This document shows, piece by piece, positions 18,395 through 31,303 of a stretch of 64,000 nt of DNA (position 1 is the stretch's first letter; each line of letters opens with the position of its first letter). The stretch lies in the NCBI GenBank assembly GCA_025360005.1, contig JANYDA010000052.1:58457-122456 (forward strand). The letters run 5' to 3'. The translations under genes were made by a program, and so were the position numbers. The notes beneath the pieces are model-generated. The model made no database searches, was not told where the DNA came from, and saw only the letters and a program-made list of their open reading frames with translations. The stretch is from Fibrobacteria bacterium (GTDB taxonomy: Bacteria > Fibrobacterota > Fibrobacteria > UBA11236).

Positions 18395-19492
18395 ATGGCG
18401 GACAGGGCTACCCCGGATTGGCAAATGGACGATTCCGACGGAACCGCACCGCTCCCGTTGCTCTCCATCATCCTTCCCTGCTTCAACGAGGAAAAGAATA
18501 TCGCGCCCGTACATGCGGCTTTGGCGCAAACCTGCGCCGGTATCGCCTGGGAAATGATCTTCGTCGACGACGGCAGCCGGGACGGCACCAGCGGGGAAGT
18601 CCGTCTATTGGCCGCGCGCGATCCCAAGGTGCGCCTGCTCCGCTTCGTCGGCAATGCCGGCCACCAGCATGCGTTACGCGCCGGTTACCGGGCCGCCCGC
18701 GGCCGGTGGATCCTGACCATGGACGCGGACATGCAGCATCCGCCTGCGGCCGTTCCCGCCATGCTCGCAAAGGCCCAAGAGGGCTTCGACGTGGTGCAGA
18801 TGGTGCGTGCCGGATCGCAAGCCGGATTCCTGAAGGATTTTTTCTCCCGCGCGTTCTATAAAGCGTTCAACGCCATCTCCGAAGTGCCCATCCCCGAGCA
18901 GGCTTCGGATTTCCGCATCGTGAGCCGCTACGTCTGCGACGTGCTCAACGGTTTGCCGGAACGCAACCTCATCGTGCGCGCCATCCTGCCTTACCTGGGC
19001 TTCAAGGCGGCTTCCCTGCGTTTCCAATTGGCCGGGCGCTTGCACGGCCAGGCGGCTTTCAGCTTCCGGAAATCGCTGGACATGGGTTCCCAGGCTTTGT
19101 TCAATTTCAGCGCCGTGCCTTTGAAGCTGGCCATGCGGGTGGGATTGCTCATCTCGGCCCTGGCATTCCTATACGGCATCTACAATGTGGCTGCCAAATT
19201 CCTCTCCAATCGCAACGTACCCGGCTATACCGATCTCATCGCTTCCACGCTCTTCCTGGGCGGCCTGATCCTGGTCTACCTGGGGATACTTGGACGTTAC
19301 ATCCTGGTTATCCTGGATCATTTGAAAAGCCGGCCGGAGTATTTGCTGGCGGAAGAAACCGTTCCGCCTCCACAGGCGGCTTCCCCATCCGTCGCAAACC
19401 TTGGCAGTGCCGCGCAGGAGAACCACCCCCGATCGGAACCGCTTCGGCTTCCGCCGGACCGGCCTGCGCGCCCCCAGGGACGCCGGGCCTGA
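18395..19492 (+). CDS. GT2 polyprenol-phosphate glycosyltransferase (GtrB/ArnC-like)
   Basis: LSIILPCFNEEKNI, VDDGSRD, MDADMQHPP, SDFR, two C-terminal TM helices ending RPEYL. Confidence 0.85.
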   Translation: MADRATPDWQMDDSDGTAPLPLLSIILPCFNEEKNIAPVHAALAQTCAGIAWEMIFVDDGSRDGTSGEVRLLAARDPKVRLLRFVGNAGHQHALRAGYRAARGRWILTMDADMQHPPAAVPAMLAKAQEGFDVVQMVRAGSQAGFLKDFFSRAFYKAFNAISEVPIPEQASDFRIVSRYVCDVLNGLPERNLIVRAILPYLGFKAASLRFQLAGRLHGQAAFSFRKSLDMGSQALFNFSAVPLKLAMRVGLLISALAFLYGIYNVAAKFLSNRNVPGYTDLIASTLFLGGLILVYLGILGRYILVILDHLKSRPEYLLAEETVPPPQAASPSVANLGSAAQENHPRSEPLRLPPDRPARPQGRRA

Positions 19493-19587
19493 ACGTCTTC
19501 CGGACCGTCGCTCCGGAGGTCACCAAACCCTTTCGTTTCCCCGCACTTGAATGGCACCGGCTGCCATCGATGACGTAGAATGAGGCC

Positions 19588-22017
19588 ATGATCTACCTGC
19601 TTGCGGCCTGCCTGGGTCTCCTCCCCATCCTGCCCAGCCTCATCAAGGGCAGCCCCGTTCTCAACAACGATATGCTGGTGGCCTATTTCTGCTACTTCTG
19701 GGATTTCCACCGCAATTGGTCGTGGAGCCATCCGCTGGTTTTCTGGAGCTCAAGCTACCAATGCGGCATGCCCATGCACGCCTATTGGCAATCGGGCTTT
19801 CTCTACCCCATCACCTGGATCCTCTTCGGCCCGCTGTCCCCGCATTACGGGATCCATCTTTTCTACGCATTCCATTTTTTCCTGGGCATCGCCGGTTTCC
19901 TGCGCCTGGGACCACGCCTGCGCTTGGGGCGCGTTGCCTCGCTGTGGGCGGGCATCTGCTTTGCCCTCTCCGGCACCATGCTGGCCCGCTACGAACACGC
20001 CACCTTCCTGGCCGGATGGTCCTGGATCCCGCTGGTGCTTTCCGCCTTCCTCTCCCTGCGCGATGATCCCGGCCCCAAGGCTTTCTTCTGGTACGCCTCG
20101 GCCGTGGCCCTGCAGGCCCTGGGCGGACACCCCCAAGCCTCCGTCACCACTGCCATCCTCATGGCCGCGTTTACCATACCTTGCTTGTTACCAGTAACTT
20201 CCCCGTTACGTAACGGCCCTCGCATGGGCCGCCGCGCCGCTTGGATCCTGGGCGGGCATTTCCTGGCCCTCATCTATTGCGCGCCCATGCTGGTTCCCTT
20301 CCTGCAGTTGGTGGATCAAACCAACCGATTCGACGGGGTTGCCTGGGAAGGCGGCCGGGCCGGCGAAGCCGCCACCGCGGACCAGGCGGTCACGGCCGCC
20401 CGGGCTTCCGCCGCGGAGAAACTGGAGGCAGGGGTATTCGGATTCGAGAAATTCGCCACCGGCGGCATGCGGCCGGTGCATCTGCTGTCGCTCATCGCCC
20501 CCAACGCATTGGGCAGTCCCTCCAACGCGTCCTGGTGGGGCGGAGAGGTATGGGGGGAGGTTTTCGTCTATCTGGGTGGACTGGGACTGTTCTTCTGCTT
20601 TTTCGCCTCCCCAAAACGCGCCAACTTCGACCTGCGCTTGATCTGGATGCTGGGATTGGCCGGGCTATGGCTTTCCTTCGGCGCGCATCTGGGCGCAAGC
20701 CAAATCCTATACCATGTTCCGGTGTTGAACAATTTCCGCCGTCCTGCGCGCTTCCTCATCCTCTTCGCGTTCGCGCTGGCGCCTTTATCCGGCCATGGCC
20801 TGCAACGCTGGCTGGCGCATCCCAAGGGCCATAAGGCCGCGCTTCCGTTCGCGGCCGCGGCCATTCTTGTGACGATAGGATTGGCCGCCTTGAATTATGC
20901 CCCCGCGGCCTCACGGCCTCTTTCGCAACTGATCCTGTTTTTCAAAAAGCCGGATCCTTCCAGGGATTATGGCGTGAAGATTTCCGCCCTGCTGGGTCGG
21001 TATGCCTTGGATGCCGCCGTCCTGGCCATTTCCGCGCTGGCCGTGGCGGCCTATGCCCGCCTACACCGGGCCGATGCAATCCTGAGATCGATTAAAGGTA
21101 ACAGGAAGGATACCCTCTGCAGCCCTCATAGGGCTGGCCTGGGGCTGTTGTTCCTGGTCCTGACTGCGGATTTGCTGCGCGTGCACTGGGATCATTTCTA
21201 TCTCTTCCCGTCCGATTACTACCGTCGCCCGCCCGCCTCCGTCCAAGCCCTGGATACCGCCACGGCCCCTTTCTGGCGCGTCTCCCATTATCTGGAATAT
21301 CCCGGCCTGGAAATGTGGCAGTTGCATAATGATCCCGTCGCCCATTTTGCATTGCTGGAGCGGGAGAAAACGGCCCTGAGTTGCGGTATCCACGCCGTCT
21401 TCGGATACCGGCATGTTTCCGCCCATCTGCCTTTACTTTGGAAATGGGATGCCGGGATAAGCCCGGCGCAAAAATCCGCGCGCTACCTTTTTTCCAATCG
21501 CCTATTGTCCGTCTATAAAACGGATTACCTCAGCCCGCTTGGCCGTTTCGATTCCGTGTACGTCTATGAAGTGGCCGGATGGCGGCCCCGCATCGGCATC
21601 GTTTCCCGGAGCCGGGGGGGAATCGAAAATGGATTCGGTCAAGGGGACGGTCACCCAGCGAGGGAACCGCGCAAAGAGGGGAACACGATCGCCTGTCCGT
21701 CGGGATTTTCCGGATACCGGCAAGTGTGCGTCCTGGAAAAGCGCGACGGCGACCTGCGCATCCAATCCGACTTCCTGCCCGGCGATACCTTGCTTGTACG
21801 CGAACGATTCAATCCGGAGTGGAAATACCGATTGGATGGAGGCGCTTGGCAAAGACCCCGGGAAACGGTGGACCATTTCATGGCCATGCCCCTGCCCGCC
21901 GAAGTCAAAGCGGTGGATTTAGTTTATTCACCCAGGATTTTTTATGCCTTGGCCGGACTGGCATTGGCGCTGACGGCAGTAATGTTGGGCTGTTTCCGAA
22001 TATGGAAACAGCCCTGA
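19588..22017 (+). CDS. YfhO-like polytopic membrane protein (GT-C glycosyltransferase)
   Basis: WSSSYQCGMP..GFLYP, GGHPQ, NFRRPARF, C-terminal ERFNPEW..LVYSP motifs; many TM helices. Confidence 0.7.
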   Translation: MIYLLAACLGLLPILPSLIKGSPVLNNDMLVAYFCYFWDFHRNWSWSHPLVFWSSSYQCGMPMHAYWQSGFLYPITWILFGPLSPHYGIHLFYAFHFFLGIAGFLRLGPRLRLGRVASLWAGICFALSGTMLARYEHATFLAGWSWIPLVLSAFLSLRDDPGPKAFFWYASAVALQALGGHPQASVTTAILMAAFTIPCLLPVTSPLRNGPRMGRRAAWILGGHFLALIYCAPMLVPFLQLVDQTNRFDGVAWEGGRAGEAATADQAVTAARASAAEKLEAGVFGFEKFATGGMRPVHLLSLIAPNALGSPSNASWWGGEVWGEVFVYLGGLGLFFCFFASPKRANFDLRLIWMLGLAGLWLSFGAHLGASQILYHVPVLNNFRRPARFLILFAFALAPLSGHGLQRWLAHPKGHKAALPFAAAAILVTIGLAALNYAPAASRPLSQLILFFKKPDPSRDYGVKISALLGRYALDAAVLAISALAVAAYARLHRADAILRSIKGNRKDTLCSPHRAGLGLLFLVLTADLLRVHWDHFYLFPSDYYRRPPASVQALDTATAPFWRVSHYLEYPGLEMWQLHNDPVAHFALLEREKTALSCGIHAVFGYRHVSAHLPLLWKWDAGISPAQKSARYLFSNRLLSVYKTDYLSPLGRFDSVYVYEVAGWRPRIGIVSRSRGGIENGFGQGDGHPAREPRKEGNTIACPSGFSGYRQVCVLEKRDGDLRIQSDFLPGDTLLVRERFNPEWKYRLDGGAWQRPRETVDHFMAMPLPAEVKAVDLVYSPRIFYALAGLALALTAVMLGCFRIWKQP

Positions 22018-22043
22018 GAAGGTATAGGGCACTTACCCTGTGA

Positions 22044-22685
22044 TTATTTCTCCTTTTTGTGTCCTTCGTGCTTATTCTTTTCTGCCTTAGTAAGGGGTTT
22101 TCCTTTCAGGGCCGATTTCGCTTTATCGGAACTTACAGCAGCGGAAGTATCCCCCGCCTTAGCCGTTGAGGAATCCTTGGCGGCAGGTTTAGCGCTGTCA
22201 GCGGGTACTTTGGTCATGGTAGAGTCCGTTTTTTTTCCGGTCGTATCGGCTACGACATTCTGCTTGGTCACATTCACTTGGATTTGCTGGTAAACGGGAG
22301 GATCGTAAGGGACATGGTCGCCCTTGGCGAATTGCAGGATCAAGGTGTGTTGGCCCACAGGTAAATCCAACACGGCTTCCATTTGGCCTCCACCGTAATG
22401 AATATGCTTTGCATCCTTTGCCATGGGTTCGGCCGGAGAAGCCAGGGAAGCGTCCACGATGATATGGAAATGGCCATGGCCATCATTAACTCCCATCGTA
22501 GCCGGTTCCACAATGAGGTTTTCCGCCTTCATGACCACTTTGAAGGGGCTTTCCAGGTTGGATCCATCCGTAAGGTTACCGAAATACACCTTTTTAGTCC
22601 CGCCCCCGCCACAGGCGGCCAATAACAAGGCTGCTACTCCCAAGGGAAGAAAGCTTTTCCAACGACTGTTTCCATATTTAGGCAT
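22044..22685 (-). CDS. DUF4399 family lipoprotein
   Basis: Lipobox LAAC, VYFGNLTDG, GHFHIIVD, HIHYGGGQ, GQHTLILQ, GDHVP; low-complexity tail. Confidence 0.8.
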   Translation of the reverse strand: MPKYGNSRWKSFLPLGVAALLLAACGGGGTKKVYFGNLTDGSNLESPFKVVMKAENLIVEPATMGVNDGHGHFHIIVDASLASPAEPMAKDAKHIHYGGGQMEAVLDLPVGQHTLILQFAKGDHVPYDPPVYQQIQVNVTKQNVVADTTGKKTDSTMTKVPADSAKPAAKDSSTAKAGDTSAAVSSDKAKSALKGKPLTKAEKNKHEGHKKEK

Positions 22686-22789
22686 GACTGCCTCCTTTTA
22701 ACGATGTTAGATCAGGGTTAATTTTATGGAAAAGTAAATTTTTGAAAGCGACTTCCAATAAGTACCGGTAGTTCTCGGATAATATTTGG

Positions 22790-23350
22790 ATGTATTTTTT
22801 CAACATTTTCAAGAATCACTGTTGATATCCATCCAACTCAGTCCTTTTTTCAACAAGTACCCACAGGAAACTGTTTAAAACTCAGGTTGTTGGGATAAGA
22901 GTTAGGACACACTGTGGATACCTGTGTAAAAAATTTCTTCCCCATCAATCAACAAGTGATATTAAGGAAAAAAAACAACTTTCCTCATTTTTTCCACTTT
23001 TCACCACTCATTATAAATCATTGCTTTTCAAATACTTAGAAAAGAAAATGAGGTTTATCCTTGCTTATCAACCAGTCTATTCCTAATCCTGTATATATCT
23101 AAAACAAGAATGAATAGGAAAGGAAGAGCGTTGAAATAAAACGCCTCTTAAAATCCCCCACCCGATGGTGTCCTGATTGATACTGTCGGTAGTTGGCTGG
23201 CTGCCAGCTTTAGCCGCGAGAAATCCCTTGGGAGGCATCGGTGGACTCCCATGCGGTTCAAATTGCTTCTGATGGCTTCCTGGAGGTTGAAATCAAGTAA
23301 AGGTTTGTATCGCTGGAAGGCGCTGAAAAAAAAATATTTATCCACATTCT
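22790..23350. other. Candidate oriC: AT-rich intergenic region with clustered DnaA boxes
   Basis: Exact TTWTNCACA matches at 22923-22931(-) and 23338-23346(+). One-mismatch boxes at 22797, 22847, 22872(-), 22913(-), 22990. IHF-like TTTCAAATACTTA at about 23026-23038. Confidence 0.55.
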
Positions 23351-23456
23351 CACGCCTTTATTTCCTTATCGCAGGGTTTCTGCACTATCTTCCCACCGGC
23401 TATTCTCTAGCTTGCAGGAGTTGTTCCACCTTTTCCCAGATAGATCGGGCGGAAGG

Positions 23457-24338
23457 TTATTGCAGATAGATGTGGGAGAATAGGGGTTTACTTCGCGAAG
23501 TATGTTTCATTTTGCTTAACGCCTTTTCCTTGATCTGCCTCACCCGTTCCCTAGTGATGTTGAGCCGATTGCCGATATCTTCCAAAGAATGCGGCACTTC
23601 CGGTTCGATGCCGAAATACATCTTGAGCACGGCTTCCTCTTTGGGGCGCAGGGAATGCAGGGCATGGGAAACATCTTCGGCCAATTGCGTCCGCTCCATG
23701 AATCGCTCGGGACCGTTTTCATGATCGGTGGGCAGGATATCCAACAATCCGCTTTCTTCATCGCGGGACATAGGCGCATCCAGGGAGATGGGAGTATGTC
23801 CCATCTCTACGCTGGTCTCGATGGAGCTGATTTCCATTTCCAGATCGTTGGATATTTCCTGCGAAGTGGCGGGCCGTCCCAGCTTCTGTTCCAGCTTTAC
23901 GGAAGATTTATGGATGCGGCTCAGCTTGCCGATGCGGCTGGTGGGCAGCTTTATCAGGCGCCCCTGTTCCGACAACGCCTGCAGGATCGATTGTCTGACC
24001 CACCATACGGCATACGATATGAATTTGAATTGGCGGGTTTCATCGAAGCGTTTGGCCGCGCGGATCAATCCCAGGTTGCCTTCATTGATGAGATCACTTA
24101 AAGGCAATCCCTGGTTCTGGTAATTACGGCATACCGATACGACGAACTTGAGATTGGCCTTGATCAGCTGGTGCAAAGCCTGGCGATCGTCATTGCGGAT
24201 GCGTTTGGCGAGGGACGCTTCCTGCATGGATGTAAGCGGCTTGGACTTTCCAATTTCCTTATAGTAAAGGGAAAGGTATTCTTCGCTGGTAGGGGATTTA
24301 TCGTTTGCGGCCGTTGCCGGGGATGACACTGTTCTCAT
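23457..24338 (-). CDS. RpoD/SigA-like sigma70 factor lacking region 1.1
   Basis: LIKANLKFVVSV, DLINEGNLGL, FISYAVWWVRQ, ISLDAP, SLEDIGNRLNITRERVRQI. Confidence 0.9.
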   Translation of the reverse strand: MRTVSSPATAANDKSPTSEEYLSLYYKEIGKSKPLTSMQEASLAKRIRNDDRQALHQLIKANLKFVVSVCRNYQNQGLPLSDLINEGNLGLIRAAKRFDETRQFKFISYAVWWVRQSILQALSEQGRLIKLPTSRIGKLSRIHKSSVKLEQKLGRPATSQEISNDLEMEISSIETSVEMGHTPISLDAPMSRDEESGLLDILPTDHENGPERFMERTQLAEDVSHALHSLRPKEEAVLKMYFGIEPEVPHSLEDIGNRLNITRERVRQIKEKALSKMKHTSRSKPLFSHIYLQ

Positions 24339-24420
24339 ACCCGATTAGTTAATCAAAAATCGGGCCATGTAACATGATAACGATCACGCTATCGATTTTG
24401 AAACGGAACTGCGATAAGAA

Positions 24421-25392
24421 CTAGGTTTTTTTGAGAAGCTGATCCAACAGGGAATCCGGCGTCAAACCTTCCGCTTCGGCCTGGAAATTCAGCAGCATGC
24501 GATGATTCAGCGCGGATTTGAAGATGGAACGGATATCCTCTTCTACGGGAGTGGGGCGACCTTTGAGTAATGCTCTAGCCTTGGCAGCCAAAACCAGGAA
24601 CTGGATGGCTCGCGGTCCGGCGCCCCATTTAACATATTTCAACACTTCTTTGTGCGAATTGTCAGGAGTAGGCCTAGTGGCACGTACCAGTTTCACTGCC
24701 AATTCAAAAACGTGATCGGAAACGGACATGGAGACTACCATATCTTGCAACTCCAGAATTTGATTTCGATCCAATACGGGTTGGATTTTATCCGTCATCT
24801 TGCCCGTATGTTTTTTGATAATGGCGAGTTCTTGTTCGTAGGTAGGGTAGTCCAATTGCAAGGCGAACAGGAACCGATCCAATTGCGCTTCCGGGAGCGG
24901 GTAGGTGCCTTCCTGTTCGATGGGGTTCTGGGTGGCCAGAACCATGAAAGGTTCTTCCAATTTTTCCGTGCGGCCGAACACGGTGACCATTTTTTCCTGC
25001 ATGGCTTGCAGCAAAGCGGCCTGGGTTTTGGGCGGCGTGCGGTTGATCTCGTCTGCGAGCAGAATCTGGGTGAAGATGGGACCGTGGATGAAAACCAGTT
25101 CGCGCGACCCGGTGGATTTATTCTCCTGAAGAATTTCCGTGCCCAGGATATCGGAAGGCATCAGATCCGGCGTGAATTGGATGCGGTTGAATTTGAGATT
25201 GAGGGCTTGGGAAAAGCTGTTGACCATGGTGGTCTTGGCCATACCGGGAACGCCGATCAAAAGGACATGGCCGCGGGATAACAACGCGATGAGGATTTTT
25301 TCCAGGACCTCATCCTGTCCCACTATGACCTTGGAAATTTCCCTCTGGAACCGTTGCAGGATGCCGGGGATGTCTTGCAGCGCTATCGGCAT
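24421..25392 (-). CDS. moxR: MoxR family AAA+ ATPase
   Basis: GVPGMAKT, RIQFTPDLMPSD, LADEINR, ATQNPIEQEGTYPLPEAQLDRF. Confidence 0.92.
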   Translation of the reverse strand: MPIALQDIPGILQRFQREISKVIVGQDEVLEKILIALLSRGHVLLIGVPGMAKTTMVNSFSQALNLKFNRIQFTPDLMPSDILGTEILQENKSTGSRELVFIHGPIFTQILLADEINRTPPKTQAALLQAMQEKMVTVFGRTEKLEEPFMVLATQNPIEQEGTYPLPEAQLDRFLFALQLDYPTYEQELAIIKKHTGKMTDKIQPVLDRNQILELQDMVVSMSVSDHVFELAVKLVRATRPTPDNSHKEVLKYVKWGAGPRAIQFLVLAAKARALLKGRPTPVEEDIRSIFKSALNHRMLLNFQAEAEGLTPDSLLDQLLKKT

Positions 25393-25474
25393 TGATCTAT
25401 CCCTTTTAAGCCGCCCGAGGAACGGTACCGGGGTACCGTGACGTGGGCAATAACGCGGCCGGGCCGTGATTTAA

Positions 25475-25738
25475 TCAATGCGCGCCGGAAATTATATCTT
25501 CCGCCGATTCGGCCAGGACCACGGCTTTGTTCTGATGGAACTCCACGAAGCCGCCGGAAATAGTATAGAAGTTTTCCTTGCCATTGGCCCGGATCCGCAC
25601 TTCGCCTTTGGAAAGCGTGGAAAGGATGGGCGCATGGTCCTTGAGGATCATGAAGGGACCCGCGGCGCCGGGAACCAGGAGGGATTCTACTTCGCCATCG
25701 TATACGGACTTGTCGGGAGTGAGGATTTGCAGCTTCAT
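25475..25738 (-). CDS. atpC: ATP synthase F1 epsilon subunit (N-terminal domain only, 87 aa)
   Basis: LQILTPD..VPGAAG..ILKDHAP..SGGFVE; last gene of the atp operon. Confidence 0.9.
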   Translation of the reverse strand: MKLQILTPDKSVYDGEVESLLVPGAAGPFMILKDHAPILSTLSKGEVRIRANGKENFYTISGGFVEFHQNKAVVLAESAEDIISGAH

Positions 25739-25862
25739 GCATTGCCCTTCCGGAAGGAAAGCTTGGGCCCATCTGCTGCCCAGAGTGGGTCACAACCGGT
25801 CGCAAGTGTGCTCGCTCCCGGCTCACGTGCCTTTGGGGCATGTTCGCTGCAGACCAAAGTGA

Positions 25863-27320
<1,458 letters not shown>

Positions 27321-28229
27321 TTACCCGTTCAACGCCTCCGCTCCGGATACGATTTCGATGAGTTCCTTGGTGATGGCGGCCTGGCGGGCGCGGTTCATCT
27401 TCAAGGTCAATGATCCGATCAGTTCCTTGGTGTTCTTGGTGGCCGCGTCCATGGCGGTCATGCGCGCGGTATGCTCCCCCACGGCGTTCTCCAGCAGGGC
27501 CCGCAGCACCTGGATGGTGACCAGCTTGGGCAAAAGCTCAGCGAACACTTCCGTGGGATTGGGCTCCACGATATAGTCGAGCCGAAAAGGGCTATGCGCG
27601 GGCCCATGGCTGTCCGCCAACTCCTTGGCATGCGGGGCGGGCTTGGCCGCGGCTTTTTTAGGGGCCGCAAAGGGGAGCATCTGCACCTGCACGGGAGTCT
27701 GGCTCAACACCGAATTGTAACGGTTGTACACCAGGTAAACCGCGTCCACCTCCCCGGAAATGAAATCCCCGATCGCGTTCTGCGCTATCTCCTGCGCGTT
27801 GGCGTAAGTGGGCACGTTGCTATGCAGGAGTTCCGCGGACTTGGCGGCCAGTTGGTTCTTGGTCACGTAGTCCTTGGCGCGCCGACCCAGGCCCAAAGCC
27901 TCGTTCGCCTTGGCGGCATCCAGGGTGCGCGCGAAGAACTTGAGCAGGTTGTTGTTGAAGCTGCCGGCCAGGCCGCGATCGGAGGCGACCACGATATAGC
28001 GGACGCGCTTCTGCTCGCGCACCTTCATCAGGGGATGATCCAGGTCCTGGAAGGAGGCGGTCACCTGCTCCAGCAGCTCCTGCATCTTCTCGGCGTACGG
28101 CTTGTTCCTGTTGAACGCATCCTGCGCCCGGCGCAACCGCGCGGCCGAGACCATTTTCATGGCCGACGTGATCTTGCTCGTATTCTGTAACGATTTGATC
28201 CGGAGGCGGAGTTCTTTGATTGTCGGCAT
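27321..28229 (-). CDS. atpG: ATP synthase F1 gamma subunit
   Basis: KITSAMKMVSAARL, SDRGLAG, RQAAITKELIEIVSGA. Confidence 0.98.
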   Translation of the reverse strand: MPTIKELRLRIKSLQNTSKITSAMKMVSAARLRRAQDAFNRNKPYAEKMQELLEQVTASFQDLDHPLMKVREQKRVRYIVVASDRGLAGSFNNNLLKFFARTLDAAKANEALGLGRRAKDYVTKNQLAAKSAELLHSNVPTYANAQEIAQNAIGDFISGEVDAVYLVYNRYNSVLSQTPVQVQMLPFAAPKKAAAKPAPHAKELADSHGPAHSPFRLDYIVEPNPTEVFAELLPKLVTIQVLRALLENAVGEHTARMTAMDAATKNTKELIGSLTLKMNRARQAAITKELIEIVSGAEALNG

Positions 28230-28238
28230 GGTACGGTA

Positions 28239-29765
<1,527 letters not shown>

Positions 29766-29783
29766 GATATATCCTATGCCTTC

Positions 29784-30320
29784 CTATGCGGCTAATTTCT
29801 GCTTGAGCAGATCGAGTTTATGCTTGATGCTGGCGTCCGTGATGGTGTCGCCTTGGACGATGCGGAATCCCGCTATCAGGGACGCGTCGATTTGGTTGGT
29901 GAGGATGTACCGCTTGCCGGGCCGCTTGGCTTCCAGCCCGCGCGCCAGCTTGTCTATCTGATCCTGGGCCAGGGGCCGGGCGCTTACCACGGTGGCGCGC
30001 AGAATGTTCTTGCGCTCCTCTTCCAGCGCGATGTATTCGTCCGCCACGGCGCGCAAGAGGGCGAAGCGGTTCTTGCTCTGCAGCAGCTTCAGGAATTGCT
30101 GGGAGAGCGGGGCCAGCTTGGCCGCGGCGGATTGCATCAGCTTGGCCTTCTCATCGGACTTGCGCACGGGATTGGCCAGGAACTTGTACAGGTCAGGCAG
30201 CTTGCGGAAGGTCTCCGCCAATGCATGCATGTCCGCGGAAACCGCGTCCCCCGCCTTATGATCTTCCGCGGCCTGCAACAGCATGCGGGCGTATATGATC
30301 GCGGCTTTTTCCTTTTTCAT
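29784..30320 (-). CDS. atpH: ATP synthase F1 delta subunit
   Basis: YARMLL.., IDASLIAGFRI..DASIK; position in operon. Confidence 0.92.
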   Translation of the reverse strand: MKKEKAAIIYARMLLQAAEDHKAGDAVSADMHALAETFRKLPDLYKFLANPVRKSDEKAKLMQSAAAKLAPLSQQFLKLLQSKNRFALLRAVADEYIALEEERKNILRATVVSARPLAQDQIDKLARGLEAKRPGKRYILTNQIDASLIAGFRIVQGDTITDASIKHKLDLLKQKLAA

Positions 30321-30335
30321 GCCTTGCGCTCTTCC

Positions 30336-30974
30336 TTACGCTTTCGACGGCGAAACGCCGGGCGCGGAGACTTCGTTGATGAGCTGATCGACCAATGCGC
30401 GTTGCTTGGAATCGTCCAGGCTGGTGCGGATCAGCTTTTCGGCGATCTGGATGGACAGGTCCGCCGTGGTCCGTTTCAGTTCCGCCATGGCGGCGCGCTT
30501 GGACGCGTCGATTTCCTGCGTGGCAGAAGCGATGATGCGCGTCTTCTCTTCCTGCGCGGCCTGCTCCAGCTTGCGGCGCAGATCTTCCGCGGCCTGCTTG
30601 GAGGACTGCAACAGGGCGTTGGCCTCATGCCTCGCCGCGGTCAGGATCCTGTTCTGCTCTTCGGCGATGCGCTTGCCCTCTTCCTGGATGCGCGCGGCCT
30701 CGGTCAGGCTGTCCTTGATGGTCTTGTCGCGTTCCTCGATGGCGGCGATGATGGGTTTCCAGGCCATCTTCTTGAGGATGAACAGGAGGACGACGAATAC
30801 GATCGCGGTCCAGCACCAGACGCCGGGATCGAAACGCAGAAAGGCCGGCAGGCCTCCCGCTTCACCGTGCGCGGCGGCGCTATGGCCTACCTCGGTTTGG
30901 GTTTCCCCGGCCGGCGTTTCCGCTTGTGCGATTTGGAGCCCGCCCGGTTGCAGCCCGTTCATTTCGGCGCTCAT
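30336..30974 (-). CDS. atpF: ATP synthase F0 subunit b
   Basis: PGVWCWTAIVFVVLLFILKKMAWKPI followed by a coiled coil. Confidence 0.93.
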   Translation of the reverse strand: MSAEMNGLQPGGLQIAQAETPAGETQTEVGHSAAAHGEAGGLPAFLRFDPGVWCWTAIVFVVLLFILKKMAWKPIIAAIEERDKTIKDSLTEAARIQEEGKRIAEEQNRILTAARHEANALLQSSKQAAEDLRRKLEQAAQEEKTRIIASATQEIDASKRAAMAELKRTTADLSIQIAEKLIRTSLDDSKQRALVDQLINEVSAPGVSPSKA

Positions 30975-31029
30975 TGTTCTTTCCTCTCCCCGCGGGCGGC
31001 CCTATGCCGTCCCGTTCCAATCAAGACGG

Positions 31030-31266
<237 letters not shown>

Positions 31267-31303
31267 TTACTCCTTATGGATTCTTAGTGGGTGTCAGTTG
31301 AAA

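Noticed and set aside
23148-23469. Short ORFs in the AT-rich gap considered as a dnaA remnant
   Set aside because: No AAA+ or DnaA domain IV similarity, and no RBS.
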